Positions 1 through 13,275 of a DNA stretch of 64,000 nucleotides are shown here, piece after piece (position 1 is the first letter of the stretch; each line of letters begins with the position of its first letter). Origin of the DNA: Cyanophora paradoxa CCMP329 (lineage: Eukaryota > Plantae > Glaucophyta); assembly GCA_004431415.1 (NCBI GenBank), contig QPMI01000017.1, positions 372,001-436,000 of the forward strand. The letters are read 5' to 3'. Below the pieces are notes generated by a model. The model saw nothing but the letters and a program-made list of their open reading frames with translations. It searched no databases and was not told the origin of the DNA. The translations under genes were made by a program, and so were the position numbers.

Positions 1-1448
1 TCCTGGGGGCGCTGAAATCCCGAGCGCCGCGCAGGCAGGGCGTCGACGTCGTGGATGGCGCCCCCGGCGGTGTTCAGCGCGGACGGCCTTCCCGCGAACG
101 CGAGCGAGATCCTGAACGAGCTCTCGGATAAGGTGCACCGCTCGCACGGCCCAGCCCCCGAGCCTTCCTCCGGCTCTGAGCGCGCGGGCAGACGGGCGCG
201 ATGCGGCTCTACCTGCGGCGGGTCGCTGCGAAGACGTTGCGCCAGGCGTCCTTCTGGATGATCGTGGCGGAGCCGGCGCTGGACCAGTTCGTGTCGGCGT
301 CGATCTTCAACGGGGGCGAGTGGGACCCGGCCGTGGAGCACCTCTTCCTCGCCGCCGCCGCCCCGCGCTGCGCCTCGGGGGACGCCCCGCTCTTCGTCGA
401 CGTCGGCTCCCACGTGCGCTCGCCCCGCCGTCCCTTCGCCTCGAGCCTGCCCGCCCCGCTCTGCCCGCGGCCGACGCCTCGCCCGCCCCCGCGCAGGTGG
501 GCTACTTCTCGCTGCACGCGGCGGCCGCCGGGTGCCGGGTGCTCGCCCTGGAGCCTCAGACGGCCCTGTGGTCCCTCCTCGCCGCCTCCGCCCGCCTCAA
601 CGGCTTCCCCGCCCTATCCGCCCGCAACGCCGCCGCCTCCGACGCCTCCGGTGCCGCCCGTGCCTCCTTGCAGCTCGAGCCCCAGCCTCACGCGGCGCAG
701 GGCGGAGCGTGCGGATCCAGGCAGCGCCGGACGCGAACATGGGCGGGGCGCGCGTCTCGGAGGAGGGCGCCGACGCGCAGGGCGTCTCCACCGTGACCCT
801 CGACGAGCTCCTGGGCGGCGCCGACGGGCCCAAGATCGCCATGCTCAAGGCCCGGAGCTCCCCGGAGACTCTCTCCCGCACGCTGGACTGATCGGCGGGG
901 GCGGGCGGGGGGGCAGGCGGACTGCGAGGGGTACGAGACGCGGGCGTTCGCGGGGGGGCGGCGGCTCTTCGAGAGCGGGCGCGTGCAGACGGTCGTGTTC
1001 GAGATCCAGCCGAGGGCCCTCGGGGGCCTCCCCCAGACCCTCGAGGCGCGCCCCCTCGGGCCCCGCGCCTTCCTTCCCTTTCCTTCCCGCCCGACCGACG
1101 CGCGCGGGCGCGGGCGCAGCTCATGGGCCAGCTGCGGGCGTGGCGCTACGCGCTGTACGAGATGAACCGGCTGGCGACGGAGGCGGCGCCGGGGGCGTTC
1201 GGGGGGCGGCGCGTGGCGGCGGGGGCGCTGGAGGCGGCGCTGCTGGCGGGGCCGGCGGCCGACGAGGACCTCGCCCGCCGCGTCGAGAAGGCCTGCTCCC
1301 AGCAGGCGCGCGCGCGTACCCCTCCGAATCGATCCGAGCCCCTCGCTCTGCCCCTGACGCCCGCCCGCCCTTTCTTGCGTCCGCCACGCAGGGCCACTGC
1401 ACCACGGACGTCTTCGCCGTCCTCGAGGGCGTCGCCGTCGCCAGCTAG
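1..1448 (+). CDS. FkbM-family (class I SAM-dependent) methyltransferase, spliced, 5' end outside the window
   Basis: Spliced reading gives LFVDVGSH|VGYFSLHAAAAGCRVLALEPQ (SAM-binding motif), VTLDELL and IAMLK|ADCEGYE...VVFEIQP, which are typical FkbM motifs. Stop at 1446-1448. Confidence 0.8.
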
Positions 1449-1738
1449 CTGTAGCCGGCCCGGGCCGGCTGCCCGCGGCCTGCGCGCGGCCCCGGGCCCT
1501 GTGGCCTTTGCCCTCTCCCTCTAATTACATTTCTACTTTATAATTACGTATTCCAAATCGCTATATATGCTATATATACCGTACTGCTATTCCTTGCTTT
1601 GTGTTCGCTTGGGCAGCTCGCAGTCTGTGAGTGTATAGGATGCATTACTATTGCACAGAACATGAATCGTGTAACTGCCGACAGCAGCGCGGCGGCCCGC
1701 CCCGAAGCGAGCAAGCTCTCGGAGCTAGCAAAGCAGGG

Positions 1739-3175
<1,437 letters not shown>

Positions 3176-3238
3176 CTACACTGCTACAGAGAAGCGCGGC
3201 GCCTGGCGTCGATAGAGCGCGGCTCAAGAGAAGTTCGC

Positions 3239-6200
3239 ATGTTCCGCGATCCCGACGACGGTATTAGACGCCCGCTAGACGAATCGGTTGATCGCTGGCA
3301 TTCGCACCTTCGGCGGCCCAGCTCTTCCGGAGCGCGAAGCCCTGCACGAAGCCCTTCCCGCGGATCCCGCACGCAGAGCCCGTCCCGCAGCCCTCTCCGT
3401 ACGCTGGGCCCCACTCGGGGTTTCCCGGCATCTGAGCTGTAGCAGGTGGCGGCCGCTCTTCGCAGCAGCACCTGGTAGCTCGTCTCACGAAGGAGGTGGA
3501 TTACCTCCAGCGCGAGGTTTGCGCCCAGTGTTCGACCGCTCCTGCCGCCCGAACGACCGCGCTCAGCCCCTCGCGCAGAACTCGGTCCTTAGCAGTCGCG
3601 TGCGCGCCTCGGAGGGCGGGTCCCTAGCTGACCGCCTGGACAAAGAGATGTCGGCTCGGTGCGTGACTGCCTTGGGCCCCGTTTCCTCGGAGAAAGCATG
3701 CCTCCAGCCACCCGCTTTTCTAGCGCGCGAACATGTTTCTTATTCATCTAGCTTCGTTTTCGCTTCTTCTGCTAGACCCCCCGTCCACCCCGGAAAGCGC
3801 AGGCCGCCCGGTCCCGTCGGTTTCTTCGTTTTGACCCCCCTCCGCAGCGCTTCTGCGGAGCGGGAGGCATCCCGCGCGATCGAGGAGAACGCTCGGATTG
3901 TGCGGGAGCTGGAGGAGAGCAAGATCGCATCCCGCGCCCGCTCGGAGATGAACCTGCGCCTCCTCTTCGAGCGCGAAAGCGAGCTCCACCTGACCAAGGT
4001 GCCCCCGCGCGGCGCGGCGCGCCCTCTCCCCGGCTTAGACGGCCCAGATCCGAGACTACGAGAAGCTCGTGAGCCGGATGGAGGAGCGTCTAGCGCAGCA
4101 GACCAAAGAGGCCTCGGATTTGAAGACCGCGCTTGAGACGGCCCAGGACGCCAAGGTCAAGAGCGAGGCCGAAGTCAGGGTGCGCCTCGCCGCTTTCACG
4201 GCGCCAGGGCGCGGATTCTGACTCGCGGCGGTCGGCCGGCAGGCGATGGAGGCGAAGCTGAAGGAGCTGACGGGGGACCGCTTCCAGCTGCAGGAGAAGC
4301 TGCGCAAGTACGACGACGAGGGCGTGCGCTCGGACGCGTACAAGAAGCAGATCAAGGAGCTGCAGGACGCCAACGCGGAGCTCAAGGCGCGCCTAGAGGG
4401 CGAGAAGGAGGCCCGCGTCAAGCTCCAGCGCGACGCCAAGGCCAAGCAGGTGCGGCGCGGCCCCGACGGAGGCCGCCCCGGCGCCCAGGGCCGGCTGAGC
4501 GGCCGCCGGGGCAGGAGGCGGCGGCGGTGGGGGCGGAGGACTCGCAGAAGCGGGCCGTCGAGGTGGCCAAGTACCAGCAGAAGGCGCAGACGCTGCAGGC
4601 GCGCGTGGAGGCGCTGGAGAAGGAGCGGGGGAAGCTGGTGGACGAGCTGAAGAGCAAGGACTACCGCCTTGACGCGCTGCGCAAGGAGAACAAGAGCCTG
4701 CAGGCGCGCGTGGCTTCGGAGGAGGAGGCGCGGAGCCACGCCGACGAGTCGGCGGCCTCGCGGGACGGCATGATCGCCCGCCTCGAGGCCGAGCTCGAGC
4801 GCATCGCCCGCGCCGCCAAGGCCCGCCCCGCCCCCGGGCCCCGCCCCCCGCCCCGCCCCTGAGGCCCCTCCCGCGCGCAGGCGGACCGGGAGGCGCTCTC
4901 GGATGCGCACCACGAGCTGGCGGCGAAGGACGCGCAGATCCGCGAGCTCGTCGACAAGAACTTCACCCTGCTGCGCAACCGCGTCGCGGACGTCGCCGGC
5001 CCGCTCGACACATCCTTCGAGGCCGACCGGGACCGCTCCTTCGCGCGCTCCTCGGCGGCCGGGACGGCGGCGCGGCGGCAGCTGGCGATGGGAACGCCCG
5101 GGGGCGTGGCGGGCCAGCGGAGCCCCGTGCTCAACGCGCTGGAGCGGAAGCAGCGGGAGATGCTCTCGACGGTCTTCCAGCTCGAGGAGGAGGCGAACGA
5201 GGCGCGGCGGCAGCTGCAGGAGGCGCGGGCCGAGCTCGCGCGGGCGCAGGAGCGCGCCCAGGCCAACGCCGACGAGGCCGCCCGCGTGCGCCCCGCCCTT
5301 GCCGCCCACCGGCGCCGCGCGGCGCTGACGCGGGGGGGCGCAGCTGGCGACGCAGCTGAAGGTGGAGGAGCAGAACAAGGTGGCGATCTCGGACGAGGCG
5401 GCGGTGAAGGAGGAGGACGCCAAGGCGGGGCGCAAGAAGCTGCAGGCGCTGGCGACGCGCCTCGAGGCGGAGCTCAAGGAGAAGGAGAAGATGGCCAAGG
5501 ACATCAAGGGCCTCGAGGAGCGGCTGGACATCCTCCGCAAGAAGAACACGCGGCTGGCGGGGAAGCTCCAGGCGGAGGAGGAGCGGGCGGCGAAGCTGCA
5601 GGAGGACATGGCGGGGAAGGAGAAGGAGGCCGGTGTGCTGAGCGAGGAGCTGAGCAGCGTCTACACGCAGCTCTTCTCGAAGCTGCAGTCGGAGAAGGAG
5701 GCGCGCCTCTCCTCCCAGGAGGAGATCCTCGCCCGCGAGCAGCAGCTCTCCGCCCTCAACGAGAAGTGCGCTGCTTTCGTCTCCGCTCCGCTCCTCGCGG
5801 CCCGACGCGCCCGCGCCCTCGCACGCGCGCAGGTACGCGCAGCTTGTGAGCCGGCTGCAGGCGGCGGAGGAGGCGCGGAAGCAGGCGCGGGAGGAGGCGA
5901 TGGGGCACGAGGGGCGGCTGCGGGAGGCGGGGCGGGCGCTGGAGGCGGAGCGGGACGAGGTCTCGCGCCTGCAGGACGAGGTCCAGATGAAGGAGACGGA
6001 GCTGGTCGAGCTCTCGGACAAGTACTCGCGCCTCCTCGACGAGCTCGAGGCGGAGCGGGAGGCCCGCAACCGGCTGCTCGGGGAGATGCGCGCCAAGGAG
6101 GGCGAGCTGCGGGAGGCGGCCGAGGCGCAGCGCTCGGCGCAGCGGCGGGACGAGTCCTTCGCGGAGGAGCGCCGGCGGGCCGCCAAGGAGGTCTCGGAGC

Positions 6201-7289
6201 GGGAGGCGCAGATCGCGCAGCTGAGCGAGCGGCTCGAGAAGATGCACGCGAAGCTGCGGGAGGGCGAGGAGGGGGCGATCCGGGCGGAGGTGGAGGCCAA
6301 GGCGAAGGAGGAGGAGCTGGCGACGCTGGGCGAGGCGCTTCGAAAGGCGTCGGCGAAGGAGGCGGAGCTGCACGACCTCGTGGAGGAGTACCGGACGGCG
6401 CTGGAGCGCAAGGACGAGCAGCTGGCGGAGGCGCACGACCGGGCGGCGCAGCTGGCGGCCTCGCAGGAGAGCGCGGAGGAGTCGCGGGTGAAGCTGGACG
6501 AGGACATGCGCCTCAAGGGCGAGCAGATCCGCCAGCTCCTCGAGGCCCAGGACGAGATCCTCCAGAAGGAGGAGCAGGTGCCGCCCCCGTCCCCGCCCCC
6601 GCCCTGCTCTACCTGCTCGGCGCGCCCCAACCGACCCCCCGCGCAGTTCGCGGACCTGAACGAGAAGTACAAGGCGCTCCTGGCGAAGAAGGAGCTCCAG
6701 ATAAAGGACCTGAAGGGCAAGGCGCGCGCGGGCAGGGGCGGGGCGCCCCGCCCGGCCGGCCGGGCGGCCGGCGGCGGCTGACGGGGCGGGGCGGGGCGGG
6801 GCGCAGTGCGACGAGCTGCTGGGGGCGCTGGAGCGGGAGGAGGCGGCGTCGCGCAAGGCGCAGGAGGCGCTCGCCGAGAAGGAGGGCCGCGCCCGCGCCC
6901 TCGAGGCCGAGCTCCGCCGCGCCGAGGGAGACATCCGCGGCCTCAACGACGAGAACGCCCGCCTCATGCGGTGCCCGCCGGCCCCGCCCCCGCCTCCGCC
7001 CCGCCGCCCCCGCCGACCCGGGGCGTGCGGCAGGCGGCTGGAGAGCGAGGAGGAGGAGATGCTGCGGATCGTGAACCTGCGGACGCGGGACCGCGAGGGC
7101 GCCGCCGCCTCCGCCTCGGGCGTGCGCTTCAGCAGCAGCGAGCCGTCGCGCTTCAGCGCCCCGCCCCGCGAGCGCGAGCGCGAGCGCGAGCGCGAGCGGG
7201 GCCGCGTGGACCTTGACCGCGACACGACCATCGAGCGGAGCCACGTCTCGTACGCGTCGGACCGGAGCCCCCTCGCCTACAAGTACTAG
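3239..7289 (+). CDS. Long coiled-coil protein of unknown function (multi-exon)
   Basis: Successive E/K/A/L-rich heptad exons (MEAKLKELTGDRFQLQEKL, EEARKQAREEAM, ELQIKDLKG) separated by GT/GC-AG introns. Ends SDRSPLAYKY*. Start codon is approximate. Confidence 0.7.
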
Positions 7290-7763
7290 GGGCCCGGCCG
7301 CGGCCCGCGCACGCGCAGTGCAAACCTGTTCCCATGCATTTTGACTTGCACGCAATTTCAGCTAGCTGTTCTGACTATCAGTGTTCACGGCACAGTGATG
7401 GCAGTGATGTCGTCGGTGCGGCGCGGCCGAGCGTCGCGCCACGGAGTCGGCCTTCGCGCTATGACGCTGCCTGCATGCACGCCTGAGCACGCAGAAATGA
7501 TGGGAAGGCCGCTGCGCAGCCGGCAGGAACGCGGCCGGCCAGGCCGCCCGAGGCCGGTTCAGGAGGGCTACAGCGTTGTTTTGGGTCCCACTTTTGGCCG
7601 AACGTCACCTGACTGGCTCCGCAACAAAACCGAGTCGAATTTTGAAAAACGCTCGCTTGTTGACGACCTCTAGATCTGCGCCAGCCTCCAGCCTCCAGCT
7701 CCAGCTAAACCAGCCGACGTGCCATTCTCGACGATTGCTCGCAAGACCGACAAGATTCCCGTG

Positions 7764-8805
7764 ATGGCGCCCGCCGCAGTCCCGCTTGCGACATACCACG
7801 CATTCCTCCAGCTCATCCGCCATACACCCACGCCCGCGGCTCTGGCGACAGCAGCAGTCCCGCAGCACGCAAGAAAGCCCATTAGCGTGAATTCGGTTGC
7901 GCTCACATGCGCGTGCCGCAGCGAGGGTGCCGCCGCGCCGGCACCCTGCCGCATCGCGAGCTTTCCGTGGTATTCGCCGCGTAGTCGGTGTGAAGGGCGC
8001 GTTCGCCGGCCGCGCGGCTTAGCCGCGCCACCTGCAGGTCGATTAACGTGCTCGCCTTCGTGGATCTGAAGTGCGAGGTCGACCTGAGGACGGTGGCGAT
8101 GAAGGGCCCGAACGTGGAGTACGCGTACAAGTCGGCGCACGTCACAATGCGCCACCGGCGCCCGGAGGCGACCTGCCTCATCTACCAGACCGGCAAGGTC
8201 ACCTGCGCGGGGGCCAAGACGGAGGCGGACGCGAAGGCCGCGCTGCTGCGGACCGCCCGCGTCCTCCGGCGGCTCGGCTTCCCCGTCAAGTTCGCCGGCT
8301 TCCGCGTCACAACCGTGAACGGCTCCTGCGAGGTCGGATTCCCCGTCCGCCTCGAGAAGCTCGCGCGCTCTCGTCAGCACTTCAAGCACACCAGCGTGAG
8401 CGCCGCGCGTGCCCGGGCCGCGGCCCTCGCCCGCCAGCTGACCCCCCCGTGCCTTGCGTGGCGCGCAGTACGAGCCCGAGCTGGCGGCGCACCTCACGTA
8501 CCACATGGAGCAGCCCAGGGTCGTCCTCCTCGTCCAGAGGAGCGGCAAGGTCAAGATCACGGGCGCCAAGGCGCGCCCGCGCCCTGCGCCGCCGCGCTTT
8601 CTCTGCATCTAACGGCGCCTTCGCTTAGAGCCGCGCCGAGGTCCACGAGGCGTTCGCGCGCATTCACCCCGTGCTCTGTGAGTATCGCAAGAGGTCCGTG
8701 CCGGCAGCTTTCTGTTACGCTATAAATCTACCGGATAGTGCTGCAGCAATGCTAACCCTGCTGCATATGCCACGGAAATCAGCAGTTAAACGCATCGCCT
8801 GCTAA
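7764..8805 (+). CDS. TATA-binding-protein-like factor (divergent TBP paralogue)
   Basis: Both TBP repeats are recognisable: NVLAFVDLKCEVDLRTVAMKGPNVEY...PEATCLIYQTGKVTCAGAKTE...LGFPVKF...GSCEVGFPVRLE|YEPELAAHLTYHMEQPRVVLLVQRSGKVKITGAK|SRAEVHEAFARIHPVL. Both termini are approximate. Confidence 0.88.
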
Positions 8806-10043
8806 CAATTGCAAGCGGCTTGCTTCGCCTGCTTAGAAGCGGCTTGCTTAACTCTGCCTTCAGTCAATTGCAACTAGCCTAGAAAGTCTGCTGCCACTAC
8901 GTTTACGAGGGTTTTCTGTTTCTTGAGTGGCCCGCTTACTGGAGCTATTTATCGCCTTTCTTAACTCATTCCTGCCCGCCTTTCCCTTCAATCAAGTGTA
9001 CTTTCCACATGCATTACTCCGCATTGTTGTACATCATAGCATATTGGATCTCAATCAGATATGCTATCGATTCTTTCCGGCGGATATCGATCCGGGATCC
9101 CCACTAGTACTGGGCCATGGCCATGGCCAGCATGCGCATGCGTGCACACTCAGTGACTTGCATTTGCCCGCGCTACGCTGCTATAGCTAGCGCTAGCCGC
9201 TGAGCCTAGTAGCTATAGCGCTAAGCTTGCGGACATGCATATGTACTAGCTATATTGGTGGACATGTACACCGCGGCCGAGCTCGATCGCAAGCTCGCCT
9301 GGCTGCGGCGCGCGCGGCCCGGCGGCCGGCCCCCGCCGGGCCGGATCCGGCCGGCCCGCGCGCGGATCGACGCGTACGTATACGTATACGCCGGACGCCG
9401 CGGCGCCGGCGCCGGTGCCGGTACCGGCGGGGCGCCGGCTCTGCGAGCCTAGGCGGCTAGGCCTAGGCCTCAGTTCCGCGGCCGGAGGCGCGGCTCGGGG
9501 CTTCAGCGATCTGACGATCTGAAGCGATCTGCTGAGATCAAATCTGAGGGGTACAGTGCTCGTGCAGCGGGACGCCTGTGGTTCTCGGGGGCGGGCTTCC
9601 CGCGAGTCGGCGCGGCGTCTGCCAAGGATCTCTCTTCAGCGTAGCACCGTTCTCCCGGCGTCTTCAGCGTTGATTGGTTGATTGCATTGATGGCGGCATC
9701 GTCGTTCGTCGCCAGCGTTCAGGCATGGAACAGCTTGAGCGGCTACGCGCAGTTCTCTTGTAGTTCGCTCAGGTTCGCCCCGCGCCGGTCGGATATCAAC
9801 CGTAGCTAGAACGCGTGGGCGTTGGGGGCCCGGCGTCGCGTCGAAAAGCCCCCTCAGTGCTTGAAAATCGTTTCGCTGACATCCTCGTCTCGGTGCAGGC
9901 AACCGTCCGTCCCGCCGCATGATGAACACCCGGCGGAGCGCCACAGCCGCCTCCGGGCCCTGTGCAAAGCCTACTTTGGAGCGGCGCGGCGATTCGAGGT
10001 CAACAAGCGACGGTCCCCGCGCCGTCCGAGCCGGACGCTCCGG

Positions 10044-11517
10044 ATGCCCTGGATTCTTGCAACATCCGCCGCCGGCGCTGGAGAGTCAGAGTCCGCGCCG
10101 GCGAGCCGGACCCCAGTGCTGGAGGCCAGTGACTCTCCGTCTCCAGTGCCGTCCCCGGTGCCGGGCGTGGACGAGGAGGCGCACGCTCCCGAGCACGAGG
10201 CGGCGTCGCCCGTTATCATGAACTTCCAGCCCCTCCTGCCGCCCTCCCCGACGCGGGACGGCCTCGACCTTCCCGAGGCGACGCGGAGAGACTACGAAAA
10301 CAGGTGCGCCGCGAGGGGGGCCGGGGCGCGGACCGGGGCGCCGGCGCCGAGCCCCGCGCCGGGCGCAGGTACGTCTCGTACAAGGTCCTGAAGCAGGCGG
10401 CGCACGAGCTGAGGAACTCGTTCACGGCCATCATGGGCCTCATGGAGATCGTCGAGGACCTCTCCTGCGACTCCCTCGCCCCCGAGCAGAAGCAGATCTT
10501 CAAGGAGATATGGTGCGGCGCCGCGCCGGCCCCGCCCTTCGCGCCGCGCCCCGCGAGCGTCGCGCGCAGGCAAGCCATCGACTACCACCGGAGCCAGCTC
10601 TCGTGCCTGGACTCCGAGGCGAACGTGCTGGCGTTCACGGCGGCGGTCTCGCAGAGCCAGGACAACTGCGGGGGGCGTCCCGTGGGCCTCCGCGAGATCG
10701 ACCTCGGCCAGATGCTCGACTACATGACCGTCTTCTACAAGGTCCCACCCCCTCCTCTCCTTTCCTTTTCCTTCCTTTCCTTCGCCACGGCTGAGCGGGG
10801 GGCGGGGCGGCAGGCGGAGTGCGAGCGGCGGGGCCTGACGCTGGAGGTCGAAACGGACGAATCGATCAAGGGCCAGTTCATGGCCGACATCCTCCGCATC
10901 CAGCAGGCGCGCCGCCCCCGCCTCCGCCCCCCCCCCTCCCCCCCCCCCCCCCCCCCCCCCCCGCGCCCCGGCCCCTCCCGCCGCGCTGACTCGCGCGGGG
11001 GCTGCAGGTGCTGCACAACTACCTGTCGAACGCGATCAAGTACACGTTCGAGGGGTCCATCACGCTCTACGCGACGGTGGAGCCGGCGCCGCGGCGGGCG
11101 GAGACGGAGGGGATCTTCCGCGTGGTGGTGCGGGACACGGGGATCGGGCTCTCGGCGGAGGACATGCGCGCCGTGTGGGACGAGGACCGGCGGGTCGTCA
11201 ACGAGCAGACGCAGAACATCCCGGGGACGGGCACGGGCCTCTACATGTGCAAGACCATCATCGAGCGGCTGGGCGGGGAGGTCGCCGTCCGCTCCGTGCT
11301 CGGCGAGGGCAGCGAGTTCGAGTTCGCCATACCCGTCTACCGCGTCGGCAAGCGCCTCCCCAACGGCACCCTGTGCGCCCCCGCTCCCCCCCCCCTCCCT
11401 TCCCCCCCCCCTCATTCGTTTTTAACGGTACCCCGCAGGTACCGAGCGGTCCCAGGCACGGAGAAGAGGCGCTTCTTCGACTTTGGGAACACGACGACGT
11501 ACGAGGCGATCAATTGA
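10044..11517 (+). CDS. Histidine kinase (HisKA + HATPase_c); no sensor or receiver domain seen
   Basis: H-box AAHELRNSFTAIMG, N-box LHNYLSNAIKYT, G1 VRDTGIG, G2 GTGTGLYMCKTIIERLGGEV, then SVLGEGSEFEF. Start codon is approximate. Confidence 0.88.
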
Positions 11518-11861
11518 GCCGCCTCGCCACAGCCCGATCGGGCGCTTTGGACGCTTCCGCACCCGCCGTCCGATCGACTGCGTAGGGTATTCGAATCGAT
11601 GATGCTATAATATCAGGTTCACTTAATATTGCTTTCACGTTTCGCTTTGGCAGCTCTTCGTCTTCAGGCTATGAGATTGCGTTAGCCTTAGCTCCAGCCT
11701 AGCACTGCTACAGCTAGTACTGCCAGTTCCGTGCAGCCGGTAGGGATAGGCTTTGTGTAGAGCGTGTTGGCTTTTGCGTTTAATTTGATTTCACGACAGC
11801 TCCGCGTGCATGTATATGCGCATCCGTGGCCTCCCCGGGGCGGGGCGGCTCTTAGCTAGAT

Positions 11862-13115
11862 CTAGAAGGGGGCGGCGGAGGGCTCCGCCTCGCTCAGCTC
11901 CACGGGCTTGAGCGAGATGCCGAACCTGGCCACGGCGCCCGGGGGCGGCGTCAGCGGGGTCAGCAAGGACGGGGCGTGGCGCGGCGAGGGGTCGCCTGGA
12001 TCCGGACCTGTCTGCGCGGAACCAGATGCCGGTGAGGTCGAGGGTGGCGGTGACGAGGGCCTGCGGGGGCAGCTGCTGCGCCGCCGGCACCGCCCGGCTT
12101 GCCCGCCCCTCCGGCCCCTCCCGCAGGTTGATCTGCGCCCCCCGACAACACCGCGTCACGCCACGCCACGCCACGCCACGCCACGCCTTGCCCGGGCGGG
12201 GCGGGCGGGAGGGCGGGCGGGCCTGGAGGGCGTCGCGCTTGCGGACGTTGAAGTAGATGCGGCGGGGGCCGAGGCGGGCCTCCCCGGCCCCGTCCTGCTC
12301 CACCCGCTCGGAGAGCAGCGGCTTCAGGTTCGCCTCCAGCCAGTCCTCGCTCTTCGCCTCGCCCCACCACTGCACCGCGTTCCTGCGCGCCCGCCAGCCG
12401 GCCCGCGCTCAGGCGTGCTCGCCCTGCGGGGCGGGGCGCTTGCGCACTCCCTGGCGACGTCCTTGACCATGCGCTCGAGGTCGGCGACGAAGCGCTCGAA
12501 CTCGGCCGAGTCGGCGTCGTCGCCGAGCTGCAGGGCGAAGTACGACTGCGCGGTCGCCCAGCCGGCGCCCTCGCCGCCCGCCCGGTCCCGCACCCCCGTC
12601 GGCGTCACCAGCGGCGGCGTCACGATCCTCACGGGGAACTGCAGAGTGAAGCCCTTCTCTCTGCGAGGGCGGAGGAGCGTTAGCGCTAGCTTCGGTGCGC
12701 ATGGGGGCGCGGCCTGGCGACCCAGCGCGCACACTGCGCGGACGAATCCGAAGTTCATTTCGCCGAGCTTCGACACGCGAGTGACGGTCAGAGCTGCGCT
12801 CTCCACGAATTGGCTGTAGCGCTCGGGCGAGACAATGGCCGGCGCGACGTCCCGCGAGCCGCGCGGTGCCGAAGTCGCGTACGCGGCGATGCCGCCGCGC
12901 GGGTGGCCGAGTCCCGCCGCTCGCTGAGAGATGACGCCCCCAAACCGGTACGCGGCGCTCGGCCCGTGGGGGGGAAAGGCCGCGACAGCCAGGTGGGCCG
13001 ATCTGCCAGCGCTCCATCGGGAGACGGTGCAGGAGACGGCGCTGTGTGCACGGGCGACAGGCTGCCGCAGGCCAAGCGCGCCGAGCCGGAGCTGCACGGA
13101 CGCCGCCGACGCCAT
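11862..13115 (-). CDS. Probable organelle-targeted single-stranded DNA-binding protein, T7 gp2.5/NCLDV-like OB fold
   Basis: Four-intron reconstruction: presequence-like MASAASVQLRLGALGLRQPVAR..., then EFERFVADLERMVKDVARE|NAVQWWGEAKSEDWLEANLKPLL...RIYFNV...VTATLDLTGIWFRADR|FGISLKPVEL, ending EAEPSAAPF*. Family assignment is from motif recall, not a search. Confidence 0.6.
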
Positions 13116-13275
13116 CGTAAAACTCCGCGTGCTTTGCCAAGTCAATGTCAGCCGGCTGAAGGTGCAGCTTGCTGTACGGCGCCCACGCGTACCCCGCCAG
13201 GGAGCCGCATTGCCGCACTGCCGCAGTGCCGCACTGCTACCGCACTGATACCGCAGCGTTCGTTCAACAGTAGCG

